A DNA stretch of 64,000 bases, taken from assembly GCF_006345805.1 (NCBI RefSeq), contig NC_042998.1, positions 123,752,001-123,816,000 on the forward strand. Reading direction: 5' to 3'. This stretch comes from Octopus sinensis (Eukaryota). Under the pieces are notes generated by a model. The model saw only the letters and a program-made list of their open reading frames with translations, made no database searches and was not told the origin of the DNA. The stretch's first letter is position 1, and every line of letters starts with the position of its first letter. The position numbers and the translations under genes are program-made. Shown here in pieces: positions 1 to 11,933 of the stretch.

Positions 1-471
1 CAGAACCAAAATGCTTTTACATCTTTAACATAAAGAGTACCGGTAGAATTCATTGCAAATGAAACCGACCTTATATTGTTCTGAGAGGCAAGGGGCAAAA
101 TTCATGCAACGCAGATGAATTGGCTAGAGAGGTTAACGTGCCATGAAATGTTCAAGACAAGGAGAGCACATACGGTGAAAAAATAACCTCGCTATAAATT
201 TTTATTTGTACCTCTTACCACAAAGCTTATATAGAGGTTAGAAATCTTTTTTATGAAGAGGAATAGAATCTGACGGGCGCCCTCTACATACAATTTATTA
301 GGGTCACATGGAAAATTTGCAAGGCATATAAAATATTCTCCAATGGAGATTCCTTAAATTAAATTTATGGCTACATTAGAAAAACTTACATATATACATA
401 CATAAATACATACATGTATGCAAGCATGCATATATACATATATGCATACATACATACATACATAAATGCAT

Positions 472-1027
472 GGTGGTTGCCCCCTCGTTATCGAGTATGG
501 CCATTGCACGAAGCTTAATCAATGTTGTTATCGTGCAATGCCTATGCAAGAAGATTTTTTTAAAGTGAGGAAAGGCTGTGCACTGAGTCAATCCCACTCA
601 CTAAGCAACAGCAGCCATAATCCGAAAAAAAAAAGAAGTCAACATCATCGTTAACCACTCAGCCGCAGGTTTTATGTCGGAGTTATCCCAGTTACCTGAG
701 TTACCTTCTCCTAGAAGGATGCCCTAACAAAGGCAAGGAGTCCTTCACTCCCAATGGTTTAACCGTGCGATCGGGTATTCAGTCCGATTATTTCTATGTC
801 CCCGCGCATGATACAGCCTTAAGACATTTATTTGATGGCGGTTGACTCTCAAGAGTTCCTCCGCCCATTGACGAGTTTTGTTTTTCAACCCTCAGGGTGT
901 CCAATAAACACCCTCCTCACCAAGCAAGCTTGGTGGGGTTGCCGGTTTAGTCGCCGACGACCCGACCATGCAACAGGTTGTACTGGGTTACATATTACCA
1001 GTAGCACTCGAAAGTGACCTGACATAT
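472..1027 (-). mobile_element. Non-autonomous bipartite RTE-derived retroposon (5'UTR plus terminal ORF/3' tail), apparently full length
   Basis: Flanked by the 10-bp direct repeat ATAAATGCAT (462-471, 1028-1037). Minus strand carries RTE-5'UTR-like motifs (GGCGACTAAACCGGCAACC, CTAGGAGAAGGTAACTC) and ends in a CTCG-ATAA-CGAG hairpin next to (ATGT)n. A second copy lies at 52445-52778. Confidence 0.6.
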
Positions 1028-1056
1028 ATAAATGCATACATACATACATACATACA

Positions 1057-2200
1057 TGGAAGGGACCTAAAATTTGGATATTGATACAAGAAGCTGACAT
1101 TTTATAGAAACCAATTGATATGTATGTTCAAAAGGACTATGGCGGGTCAGACTGATATACCAAATTGGCTTGCTACACCAAGGACAAATCTTTTTGCCAA
1201 AAATGAAATCACTGAGATGGCAGAAAACTACAGGCCCGTTGTTTGCCTAAACATTATGTACAAACTGTACGCCAGTTGCCTCAGCCAATTCTTCCAGGAT
1301 CATTATGAGTCAAACCACATTGTGAATGATGAATAGGCTGACAGAAAGAAGGGAGTGTGGGGTATGCTGAACAACTTTTAATGAACAAAGCTTTATTGTC
1401 TGAAGTAAGAAAACAACGCAGAAACATTCAGGCAGTATAGCTTGATTATAGAAAATCTTTTGAATCTATCCGTCATTCATGGCTGTTGAAGTGCTTACAT
1501 CTGGTAATGATAGCTACTACCTTAATTGCTGCTATAGGGAAAATCACAAAGACAAGGGCAACTACCCTTATCCTTACAAATGAGAACAGAATAATTGTTT
1601 CTAATAGTATAGGCATTACAAAGGGAAAATTCCGAACATATAGTCTTTCTGTACTTCTTTACAATTTTGCACTGAATCCATTATCGTTTCTATTGCAGAA
1701 AACAAATTGCTACATGCCAGGATCTTCAACTGCTAGAAATATGAATGTTATTCATAATTTCTTTCTAGACGAGTTGATGCTAGATGAAGGCTGGAAGGTA
1801 TATCAGCCGAAACGTTGGGTTAACACCAAACAAGATGAGGAGAAATATCCATCAAATGTAAATAATATACAGTAGACCTGACATAAAGATTTTTGATAGA
1901 GACGAGAAACTGAGTACAGTCCTAGAAATCAGTTGCCTAGTGGATGTTAACATAAAGCTAAAGAGCAGCGAAAAAGAAAATACCTAAGCTTAAGAAATAT
2001 GCAGTTACTCTATCCAGATTACAAGTTCAGGTTTCTACTTGTAATTATTGTGTCATTGTGATGTGTAACACACTGCCTATATACTACTCTTGAGAAATTA
2101 GGCTTCTCAAAACCAGAAAAGAGAAAGCTCATTCGATTACTACAAATTCATTTCATCACTGGAACGGTAAAATCTGTGAAAGGTTCCAAACGTTTATCAT
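1057..2200 (+). mobile_element. Degenerate, internally deleted RLE-type non-LTR retrotransposon (R4/Dong-like): RT fragment plus restriction-like endonuclease end
   Basis: RT motifs ENYRPVVCLNIMYKL and LDYRKSF..IRHSW; RLE motif RPDI...LEISC..D.N; C-terminal KLGFSKPEKRKLIRLLQI. Many stops and frameshifts. Paralogous to 34140-35770. Confidence 0.85.
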
Positions 2201-2539
2201 TTATATGTAAGCATATCGAGGTATGCATCTGTATACATGAGAATACATAAAGAAAATATATAAATGTGCACATATACATGCATACAGACAAAAATACACT
2301 GGTCATGTTGAAATTCCAAAGAAGGAAGTTTGGATCTTGGTTATAAACCGACTGTTTCTCTATTGGTAAGAAACCTTGAACTAAAGCTGAATAATGACAT
2401 ATACATACACAGCCCTAGTTTGGTAAACAGAAGGATAGACTTAGAAAATAACCGAACTGTTGTCACTTCAAATGTATTCAATTTCTATAATAGTTAATTC
2501 ATATACTTCTGGTTGCATAGAAACAAAGTGTACATACAT

Positions 2540-2661
<122 letters not shown>

Positions 2662-2826
2662 AGTAGTTGAATGAATTATCTTATTATGGATAATTCGGTT
2701 AACCGATACCTGGGTAGCAAATTCAGAAAGACACGGTTGAAGCTACATGCTTAGGGCAGAGGTCAAGTGCGTTCGTGTGGAAATTTGTGTGTTTTATATA
2801 TATATAAAGCTAAAACTCTATTCTAA

Positions 2827-3298
2827 AGCTAAAATTCTATTCTCTCCAACGTCGTCGTGAGCGCTACATCATCTGCATGATGTGGAAAATATTCCATCAG
2901 CATTGCCCAAATGATGTTGGCATCACCTTTAAGGTACATCCAAGGCTTGGGCCCCGTGCCATCCGCCCAAAACAAAAATCGCACTCTCATCTCATAACAA
3001 CAATACGGCACAATTATTTCACCTCAATTGGCCCCGCTCTCTTTAACATTACACCAAAACACATTAAAACAGAAACTGACTCTATAGGGTTCAAGAAGTC
3101 TTTGGACAGATTCCTTCAAGAAATCCCGGATAAACCCCCTACACCCGGATATGTCTCTGTAAACAATAACTCTCTACTTGAGTGGGCCATAGTGCCCAAA
3201 TTCTGACTTGAAAGACTTCACCAGGTGGTGCTATTAAGTTAGACATGGCCTGGGCCAATAATGGCCGAAACCTATCAAAGTATCAAAGTATCAAAGTA
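2827..3298 (+). mobile_element. 5'-truncated CR1-group LINE 3' end (family 1)
   Basis: Reads LKFYSLQRRRERYIICMMWKI...HPRLGPRAIRP...LDRFLQEIPDKP; 3' stem-loop GGCCA-ATAA-TGGCC-GAAAC; (TCAAAGTA)n tail. Confidence 0.8.
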
Positions 3299-3308
3299 TA
3301 TATATATA

Positions 3309-3337
<29 letters not shown>

Positions 3338-3343
<6 letters not shown>

Positions 3344-3651
3344 ATGGTTGTATACTGTCAATCTAACAAGAACGTGACAGTAGGGGGTACACCACCGTTA
3401 TATAGCCCTAGGAGGCATCGAACGCCTCCTGACAGCTTCGACACATTTTATCCTGTGTTCTTATATATAAGGACACAGGATAAAATGTGTCGAAGCTCTC
3501 AGGAGGCGTTCGATGCCTCCTAGGGCTATATAACGGTGGTAAAATGTGTCGAAGCTGTCAGGAGGCGTTCGATGCCTCCTAGGGCTATATAACGGTGGTG
3601 TACCCCCTACTGTCACGTTCTTGTTTGATTGACAGTATACAACCATTATAT
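3338..3651. repeat. Near-perfect palindrome/foldback element with a 59-bp tandem duplication in the right arm
   Basis: Left arm 3338-3465 is the reverse complement of the right arm, centred at 3465/3466; 3482-3540 is repeated at 3541-3599 with 1 mismatch. Confidence 0.9.
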
Positions 3652-3743
3652 CGCTCCACCACCGTACACCTCTCTACGAGAGATTTAGAAACTCAATATT
3701 TCTTATATATATATATATAGAGAGAGAGAGAGCTGAGAAAGTT

Positions 3744-3815
<72 letters not shown>

Positions 3816-4830
3816 CAAAGCAAAGTTGTAAGGTACCGCACTACCAAATATGACGTTTTTTTAACTAATACTTTTCTGTGTATATATATATATAGATGCT
3901 TGCAAACAAACATGATTTTTAATGAAATCGTAATATTTTTAATGAACTTTTTAATATTTTCTCAAGAGATTTCCTTGTAAACTGTTTTTAACATTTTCTT
4001 TTTATTATCAAAGAATGTATGTATGTATTGTAATATTTTGTGACAACCAGTACTTAACGCAACAAAGCTTTTACAAAGCTTTACCTTTTACTTCTGACAA
4101 TCTTTTTCTAAAAAAGTGAAACCAGTCAAGTGAATAAACATTTTAAAAATTGCATTTTCAAAACTTCTTTCATTGTTAGGAGCCTAATCCACTGACGTCT
4201 TCACCCGAGATAGCACTTATTGACGTACAGTCTAAAAAATACACTGAAATGTATCAGTAGCAAATGGAAATCGTCCAGCATCGACATCGGCATTGCTAAA
4301 TAAGGATTTCGTCTTTGAGCTTCGTTCTTAGCAAGTATCGACTTGCAACCACATACTAGGATACAGCCGGCCGACAATGATATATATCATAACATAGTAA
4401 AACTGATAGAAACGTAACTGGTGTCGGATTTAAACGATAGGCTGAATAAACATAAATTACATGCAACAGAAGCAGTATTAATTTAAAATAGCAATCTGTT
4501 TATGAAATATAAAGCAGATACAATGGTGAAAGCATAATTAACTGCAGTATTCGTCCCGCGAGAGCATCTCATATAGATGTATAGTACTAAAAACACAGAA
4601 ATATATTAGGAAAAGAAAGTCGTCCAGCAGCGATGACAGCATTATTAAATGCACATTTCTGACTAAATGAGCATCGTCAGTAGCCAATCTCGACTGGCAA
4701 CTGCATGCTATTACAAAGTCCGCCGTTACTGATACAGTAAACTAGGTTTACTATATCAGTAGCATGCTGTTGCCCGTGAATACTTGCTACTGACGAAAAA
4801 CAAAGGAGTAGAAATATCTATCTATCTATA

Positions 4831-4982
4831 TACAACTATACATAAGGGTATCTGAGAGACACCACGATGCCGAAATAGCAGTCAAATCCCTGACTCTAAA
4901 AACCACCTTAAATGTTCATATTTTTTAGAGTCAGGGATTTCGGCATGGTGGTGTCTCTCAGATACCCTTATTTATAGTTGTA
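4831..4982. mobile_element. MITE with long TIRs and TA termini (Tc1/mariner-type)
   Basis: TA-CAACTATA(C/A)ATAAGGGTATCTGAGAGACACCA... is inverted at the other end; short spacer between arms. Confidence 0.7.
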
Positions 4983-5052
4983 AAAAAAATTATTCCTTTG
5001 TATGGTATTTATTCCCATGCTGGCCACTTGATAATATCGATATTATCCTTAA

Positions 5053-5054
<2 letters not shown>

Positions 5055-5115
<61 letters not shown>

Positions 5116-5166
5116 TTATCTGTCTGTCTGTCTGTCTGTTTGTCTCTTTCTCCTCTCCGTACATAC

Positions 5167-5234
<68 letters not shown>

Positions 5235-5292
5235 GTGTGTGTGTATGTGTATGTACGTTTGTGTGTGTATGTGTGCATGCGTGTGTGTGTGT
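5055..5292. repeat. Compound (TATC)n/(TGTC)n/(TACA)n/(TA)n/(TG)n microsatellite
   Basis: Directly visible. Confidence 0.95.
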
Positions 5293-5877
5293 ATTATTCG
5301 CTTGTTCTAACAACCAGAAGACATAGTAAGAACATGTAGTGAAAGAATCAAGAATGGCTTCTACATCAATGAATAGAGTTCCAGAATATTTACTTATTAA
5401 CATTATTCATGTATGCGTGTCTATATGTATACATTCATGTATTCCTCTATAACTAAACACCTTTTTCAGCTCAGATATTCGTATGAATTGATAGATTTAA
5501 GTAAAGTTCGCGTGTTTCGTTACATAAATTGGAATGTCAACGATTATTTGAAAAGAGACTTACTCTTAGTTTTCTGTTATTTTTTTCTTCTTAAATCACA
5601 TTTTGACACATAATTATTAAAGTGTTGACACTTTCGTTTGTCATATTCAATGAATTTATAAGCAAAGTAACGCTATTTTAATGAATATGAAATTTTTATG
5701 TGAAAATAACTGTTTGTGTAGCTGCTAATATTTATCCATCATATTTTTAGCAGTTATGTCCCAATCGAAAACAGTGCTATAGATGCGAAACAAATGGAAA
5801 ATATATCTCCATCATCATAAACGCCATGATAATGACCATCATCAGCACCACTATATTTTATCGAAGCGCCATATTTC

Positions 5878-5970
5878 GTTGTCGTTGTCATCGTCGTCAT
5901 CATCGTCGTCATCATCGTCGTCATCATCGTCGTCATCATCGTCGTCATCATCATTATCATCATCATCATT
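5878..5970. repeat. 12-bp higher-order repeat (CATCATCGTCGT)n grading into (CAT)n
   Basis: Directly visible, about 5 units. Confidence 0.9.
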
Positions 5971-7989
5971 GCCATATTAAGATAACAGTTCACAATAATA
6001 ATGATTATTTTCAATATATATTTACGTCTGTTTTACTCGGTTACATGGTATGGATTTTTCTGATAGGAAATATAAATAGCGTTGTATTTATTAACGCTTC
6101 AGAAACAAATTAGATTTGTTTAAATACTGACAGTATTATCTATTATTGCGACATTTCGTTCGTATTTTTAATTGCTATAATTTTTTTCATTGAAAATGTA
6201 TTTTTAAAGAGAACGCTTTTATCTCCATTCAACTTTCCGACTTCTTCAAAAGTAAACTTAATATTATTTATCAATACATATTCGGGATTTCCTTATGAAT
6301 ATATCTGAATAAGTTGTTACAGGAAGAGCAATTGCGCACGTTGCATATTGGCTCAGTCGTCTTCGTGTAAAGTTAACTTATTAGGTATTATACATTTTAT
6401 GATCTGGCTCGTTTGGCGTACGAAAAATATTCTGTTTCTGACATTTTCTTTACAAAAACATTTACTTATATATCTATTTCACTTTCGGAGACTTTTTAAT
6501 TAATTTTTCTATTCCTTGTTTTTTTTTTTTGTTCCTTTTCAGGAAATCGCAGTAAGCCGGTTTGTTGCATGTATTTTGGCTAATTATACTCCTCTACGTT
6601 AATATTTATGTTATTACTGACGCTTAACATTTTAATTTCTAGCTCTCTCCATTTGAATCTTGTAAATTATGTCATGAAATACAAGAATATCTTGATGTTT
6701 TATAATAAGCTATTGCCTGCAAAGTCTCTTAGCTTCATTTTGTATCTCTAAAGCAGCGTATATTGTTTACATTTGATACTGAGAGTGTTGATATATTTGA
6801 AGACTGATTTGTTATACACAGCTAAACTATAAATCTGTTGTTTCGCGTTGCAGTATTTTGTTAACTCAAAGTTGAAGTCTTTCATAGAACTACCTGCTAA
6901 CCAGGCTGGTGCTTCTCTATGTTTTGAGGTGTCTTTTTGATTGAAAGTAGAAATCCTCCCTGCACTGGACGCCATTCAGCTGCTACAGGTACTAACTTTA
7001 ACTGAGTAGACGAGAACAACTTAGAATAAACCACCTTGCTCAAAAACGACCGTGCCATATAATCAAATTAACTTAAAATCGTAAAATTAACTCTGTAAGT
7101 GAAAGGCAATGTGTCTTCACCTATAATACCTGTTATCTTTTATATTTTTTTCATCAGATCCACTGCTGTTCTTCGTGCAATTCTGTTCATGAAAAGGCAA
7201 TCCATTCACTGCGAACGAAACAAGTAAATTGGATTATAATGTATTCAATAATCTGTGCTGCATAGCTTCACTAGTTGATTGATAGACCTAATATAGTTTA
7301 TTATAGCATTTCTTATTTGAACATTTTTCTCATTAGATGTTCTCAGACAATCTTGCGATAGTCATGCTATAAATTTTAACTATTTTTTTATCATCTCCGG
7401 GAGTCCTTATTTCTCTTATGGTTTCTTTTGGTTATAATAGCTTAGCCATACAGAAAATCTAAAATCAAAATATGGCGATTCGTTTGCATACTACATATTA
7501 AAATGTATGCATGACATAGCATCAGGGGTACTTCCATTACTTATGAATGGTATCGATTTTGTTAGAGACAAAATACGCACGTCTTCGATCACAAACAGTT
7601 CAGAAAGTACTATCTCTGCGTCGTGGAATATATTTATCGTTTTCTATTGATATTTATATTTCATGGGTTGAATTAATTTGCACAAAACTCTCACCTGGAT
7701 TGTTATCAATGTATTATTCGTAGTGTATATATTTTCTATAGCAAAATTAACTGGAAAAAATATCCTAAATATCAGATAGTAAATATATGATGGAGAATCT
7801 TAAAACTGAATATGTATATTTATAACTTGTTTCTGATGGTTTTGAAATGATTACAATTCCTGAAAGTACAGTTGAAGCTGTGTTACAAGAAGGCAATTTT
7901 AATGATACTCTTAAAACAATATAGGTAATATAATTTACCTGAGTATGATGTAGGTAAAGAGTCAAATGGAGACAATCATGCACTAGAGA

Positions 7990-9240
7990 AAAAGGACTAT
8001 TTGAGACAGACCAGAGGATATTTTATAACCAAATATGTAACGGAGAAAGAAGTACTGAAGATGAGAAACCTAATGCAGAAAAAGGTAGAAAGTTCTGACG
8101 TAATATTTGGGATAAGCCAGACAATCATCATGGAGATTCAGTGTGGTTAAAGAAAGTGAGGGAAGAAGTAATGAGTTAGAAGCAGCCACGTCTAAAACTA
8201 ACTGGTGCATTAATTAGTAAAGTGTTAGGAAAATGCCGAATTGGAAGGGCTCAGGACAAGAATTAGTTCAAGGGTACTGACAAAAGAAATTTATTATTTT
8301 TCATGGAAGGCGGAAGGAACAACTTCAGTATTGCCTTAATGGAGGAATAATACCAGATTGGATGACTAGAGGGAGGACTATACTCATGAAAGATATGAGC
8401 AAGGGTATTACAGCTAGCAACTATAGACCAATCACTTGCTAATGATTTGTATGGAAGCTGTTACTAGGAATGCTTTCAGAAAGCATTTACAAGCACTTGA
8501 CAACCAGAAGTTACTGCCAGAAGAACAGAATGGTTGCAGGAAGGTTAGAGGAACGCATTATGTATTATACGTAGACAAAACAGTCCTAAATGAAGTAAAA
8601 GCTACGAAGAAAAATCTAATAATAGCATGGCTAGATTATAGGAAAGCCTTTGACAGGATACCACACTCATGTGTAAGTAATTGTTGGAGTATATTCAGTA
8701 TAGCAGACAACATAAGAGAACTAATTAGCTGTAGCATGAAGAAATATAAATTCGATCTCTACTCAGATGACACACTCTTAGGAAAAGTTAATATCACAAG
8801 AGGAATTTTCCGGGGAACTCGTTGTCCCCTCTGATATTTGTCTTATGTTTGATCCCCCTCAGTTTAGTATTATGGAAGGCAAATACAGGATAGAGGCAGA
8901 TACACTTATATGCGCAGCTCAAATACAAGCGTTAAGGACCAACATATGAAGAGTAGAATAGACAACACTACCGACAGCAGCAAAGCGGAATGTCTGGTGA
9001 GAGGGGTGAAACGATATGGCACATCTTTAGCAAATGTCCGAAATTGGCACAAAGTAACTACAAAACACGGCATGACAATGTGGCAAGAATGATCCATTGG
9101 TGTCTCTGTTGAGATCACGGCCTACAAACTTCAAAATCGGGGTATGAGCAAACCCCAGAAGGAGTCACCGAGAATGAGAAATGCAAAATCCTGTCGAATG
9201 CAATGATTCAGTACGATCACCTAACCAGACATCGCTGAAT
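7990..9240 (+). mobile_element. Degenerate R4/Dong-like non-LTR retrotransposon: RT N-terminal half joined to the CCHC region
   Basis: KMPNWKGSGQELVQGY, LPEEQNGCRK, WLDYRKAFDRIPHS, GIFRG; after a deletion near 8900: AAQ.QALRTN...ETIWHIFSKCPKLAQSNYKTRHDNVARMIHW. Confidence 0.88.
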
Positions 9241-9469
9241 AAAGCAAAAAGAATATGATTAGAATGAAATCTATACGGAAACCTATTCCCTGCGCAGGCA
9301 ACAAATTCATATCGGACTTTTACTTAATCAAGGGGGCTGAGTGGGTATAAACTTGACTAGTGCGGTATGTTTAAATGCCTGGCTTATGAGCTTACAGTGT
9401 TATTTTTGAGTACTTCTTGTGCAAAAGTGATTTACCAAAATATGAAGAAAGAAGGTAACGGATAACATT

Positions 9470-9900
9470 TACGAGAGTGTTACTGAAAATTTCCTGGCTT
9501 TGAGTAAATAATAATAAAGGAGGATCAGTTAATTATGATTTTATTCAACATATCCCCCTCTCAGATTCATACACTTATAGCAGTGGTCCTTCAGCTTTTC
9601 TAAGACGTGTAAAAGAACCCGGAGGGTCAGCTTTCAGCCAGGCCTCCATTAACGACACCCCTAAGATTAGAAACATTCAGGTGCTGTTCTCCGTTCACTA
9701 CCAGACTAGTGGTAGATCTGGAAATGGTAAATTTGAAAGTAATCACAAAAGTATCGTAATTATATGACGCCAGCTCCTCTGAACAACGAGGTCCCAGAAT
9801 GTGAGAAGTATTACAATTGAAAGGCACTCGAAGATGTTCAGTGCTAATCCAGGTGGTGTAGTTTATAGAAACATTTTGAGGAAGAACTTTGAAAAAATAC
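9470..9900 (-). mobile_element. Mariner (DD34D) transposon 3' end with TIR
   Basis: TIR-like TACGAGAGTGTTACTGAAAATTTCCTGGCTT at 9470; minus strand PRCSEELASYNYDTF (decayed HPPYSPDLAPSDY motif) and LEKLKDHCYKCMNLRGGYVE*. Confidence 0.75.
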
Positions 9901-10699
9901 ATTAGAAAATTGTTATGATTATTATTATGATAATCGCGATGCGGTAATTAAGAACAATTATAAGAAAACTGATGATGATGCCAAGGGGGGAAGAGGTTAA
10001 GGAGAGGGAGGAATAAATGTATGATGGCAATGAAATTCTCATCCATAATTTAGTATTTCTTTTTCTCTAATCACTTTTTCTATTCATACTAAGATGTTGC
10101 TATATCATATTATTTTCCTTCGATAAAAGTTTTACTGCTCTTTTTCATCATAACTTTTTCACTTATATTTATTCTATTTATTTAATGATGTGAAATGGAT
10201 TTTATATTAAAAAGGCGTGCACATTATGCTTCAACTATAACTCCCCTAATATAGCTATAAAGCCTGGCTTGCGTGTCTGGGAGACATTCTGTGTCATTAC
10301 GTTTATAGCTCCAGATCAGGCACGAAACGAATTAATGTATTTAATTGCTGTAAACATTTTGGCAGTTTCCATTTGAAAATTACTAACTTTTGTGTATAAT
10401 TTTCTTTTTCATTTTAGCAGACAAAATGGTTCCGAATTGTCTAAAATTTCTGCTTCCATAAAATGAATGGATTACAACTATTAACGATCGAAAATTCCTT
10501 ATTGATATTTATGTGTTAGTTATTCGAAATGTCATGCTAATAAGATACTTGAGTTCAATCAATCGTATAGAGTTATTACACATGGTATTCGAGTAATATC
10601 GTTTCCTCCTGTTCAACCCTTAATTCCCTTCTTTAGTTGAAGAAACGAATGAAATTTGGTGGCGCTTATAATTTTTCAAGTGAGTTAGAAGCGCTACTA

Positions 10700-10950
10700 T
10701 AAAATTACTTATTAACAAGAAGCAATGTGTGTATGAAATAACCACTCGGTATAAATGGATTTGGTTCTCGTGTTCTTAGTTCGAATATCAACCTAATTAA
10801 CCTTTTATGCTTTTTTCCTGGTGACCCGACTGGACGAATATTGTCGTAATTCCCTAAAATATCTTTCATTACATATTTGCGGCTCCGTATCACGCTACGA
10901 TGATAATTATTTTGAAATTTACGGTTTGTGGCTCGGAAATAGATGCTTGA
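10700..10950 (-). mobile_element. Possible highly decayed Penelope GIY-YIG C-terminal fragment
   Basis: ORF 10705-10959 contains KRLIRLIFELRTREPN, loosely resembling the E.RLIF.L.T..P.GLN end of Penelope GIY-YIG domains. Weak. Confidence 0.3.
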
Positions 10951-11525
10951 AAGTTTCAAAACTCATAGAAACATTTCACTATTGAAATAAATGAAGTTAG
11001 CTAAACAATTACCAGTCATAATAACTTAGCACTGTTTCTGGTATAGTCAAAAGGAAGCAATATAAACTGTTTTGGATTTCTACATTTGTGTGACGGTTGG
11101 CTTACTTCCGAATCCATACAGGTGATAGATAAGCTTTTGTAAATATACGCCCTGCTAATTATAGAACACCAGTTTAATTATAAGGAAATGATAGGAAGAA
11201 CTACATAAGATCTCACAAGGCATCTATGTATACTTATGAATATACGATATATAATTGGCACAGCATCACACACAAGCACACACACACACACATAGCCACA
11301 TACACACACAAACACACATGCCACAATACACGTATCCGCTCACACACACTCGTAAACGTATTTATGCATAAACAGATATATGAAACCATTTTTATATGCT
11401 TGTATGTTTGTACATATGTATACACACATTTATATATCTTTCTGTATTTATATATATGCATACATATATATGTGTGTGTGCGTGCATATATGTATATATA
11501 CATATATATATGTAAACATATCTAT

Positions 11526-11881
11526 ATGTGGTGTATATAACGTCTCTGAAGACTCTGCAGTGTTGTAGTACAGCGATTCTGATGCGTTGAGAAGAATTAT
11601 ATCCAAATTACCGTTCCAAGAGTTAACGCTACGTGATTTAAGATTAACAATGTGGATTTAATAGATTAAATTCAGTGCTCGGAAGATTAGTTTGGATTAT
11701 GATTATTTGAACACTTGAAGTCCTGAACACATATACACTCAATATTACATGGAGAAAATCAATGTAGATTCTTGTCCTCACATATCTCTACTATATGCAT
11801 TATTTGTATATTACACCTGAGAATTCTCTATCAACTGTTTATTGTAAAAAAATCTACTATATATGTAAACATATCTATATA

Positions 11882-11933
<52 letters not shown>

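Noticed and set aside
3652-3690. CTCTC-TAC-GAGAG hairpin plus TTAG as a Helitron 3' end
   Set aside because: The hairpin is short, the terminus is not CTRR, and no 5' TC end is identifiable.
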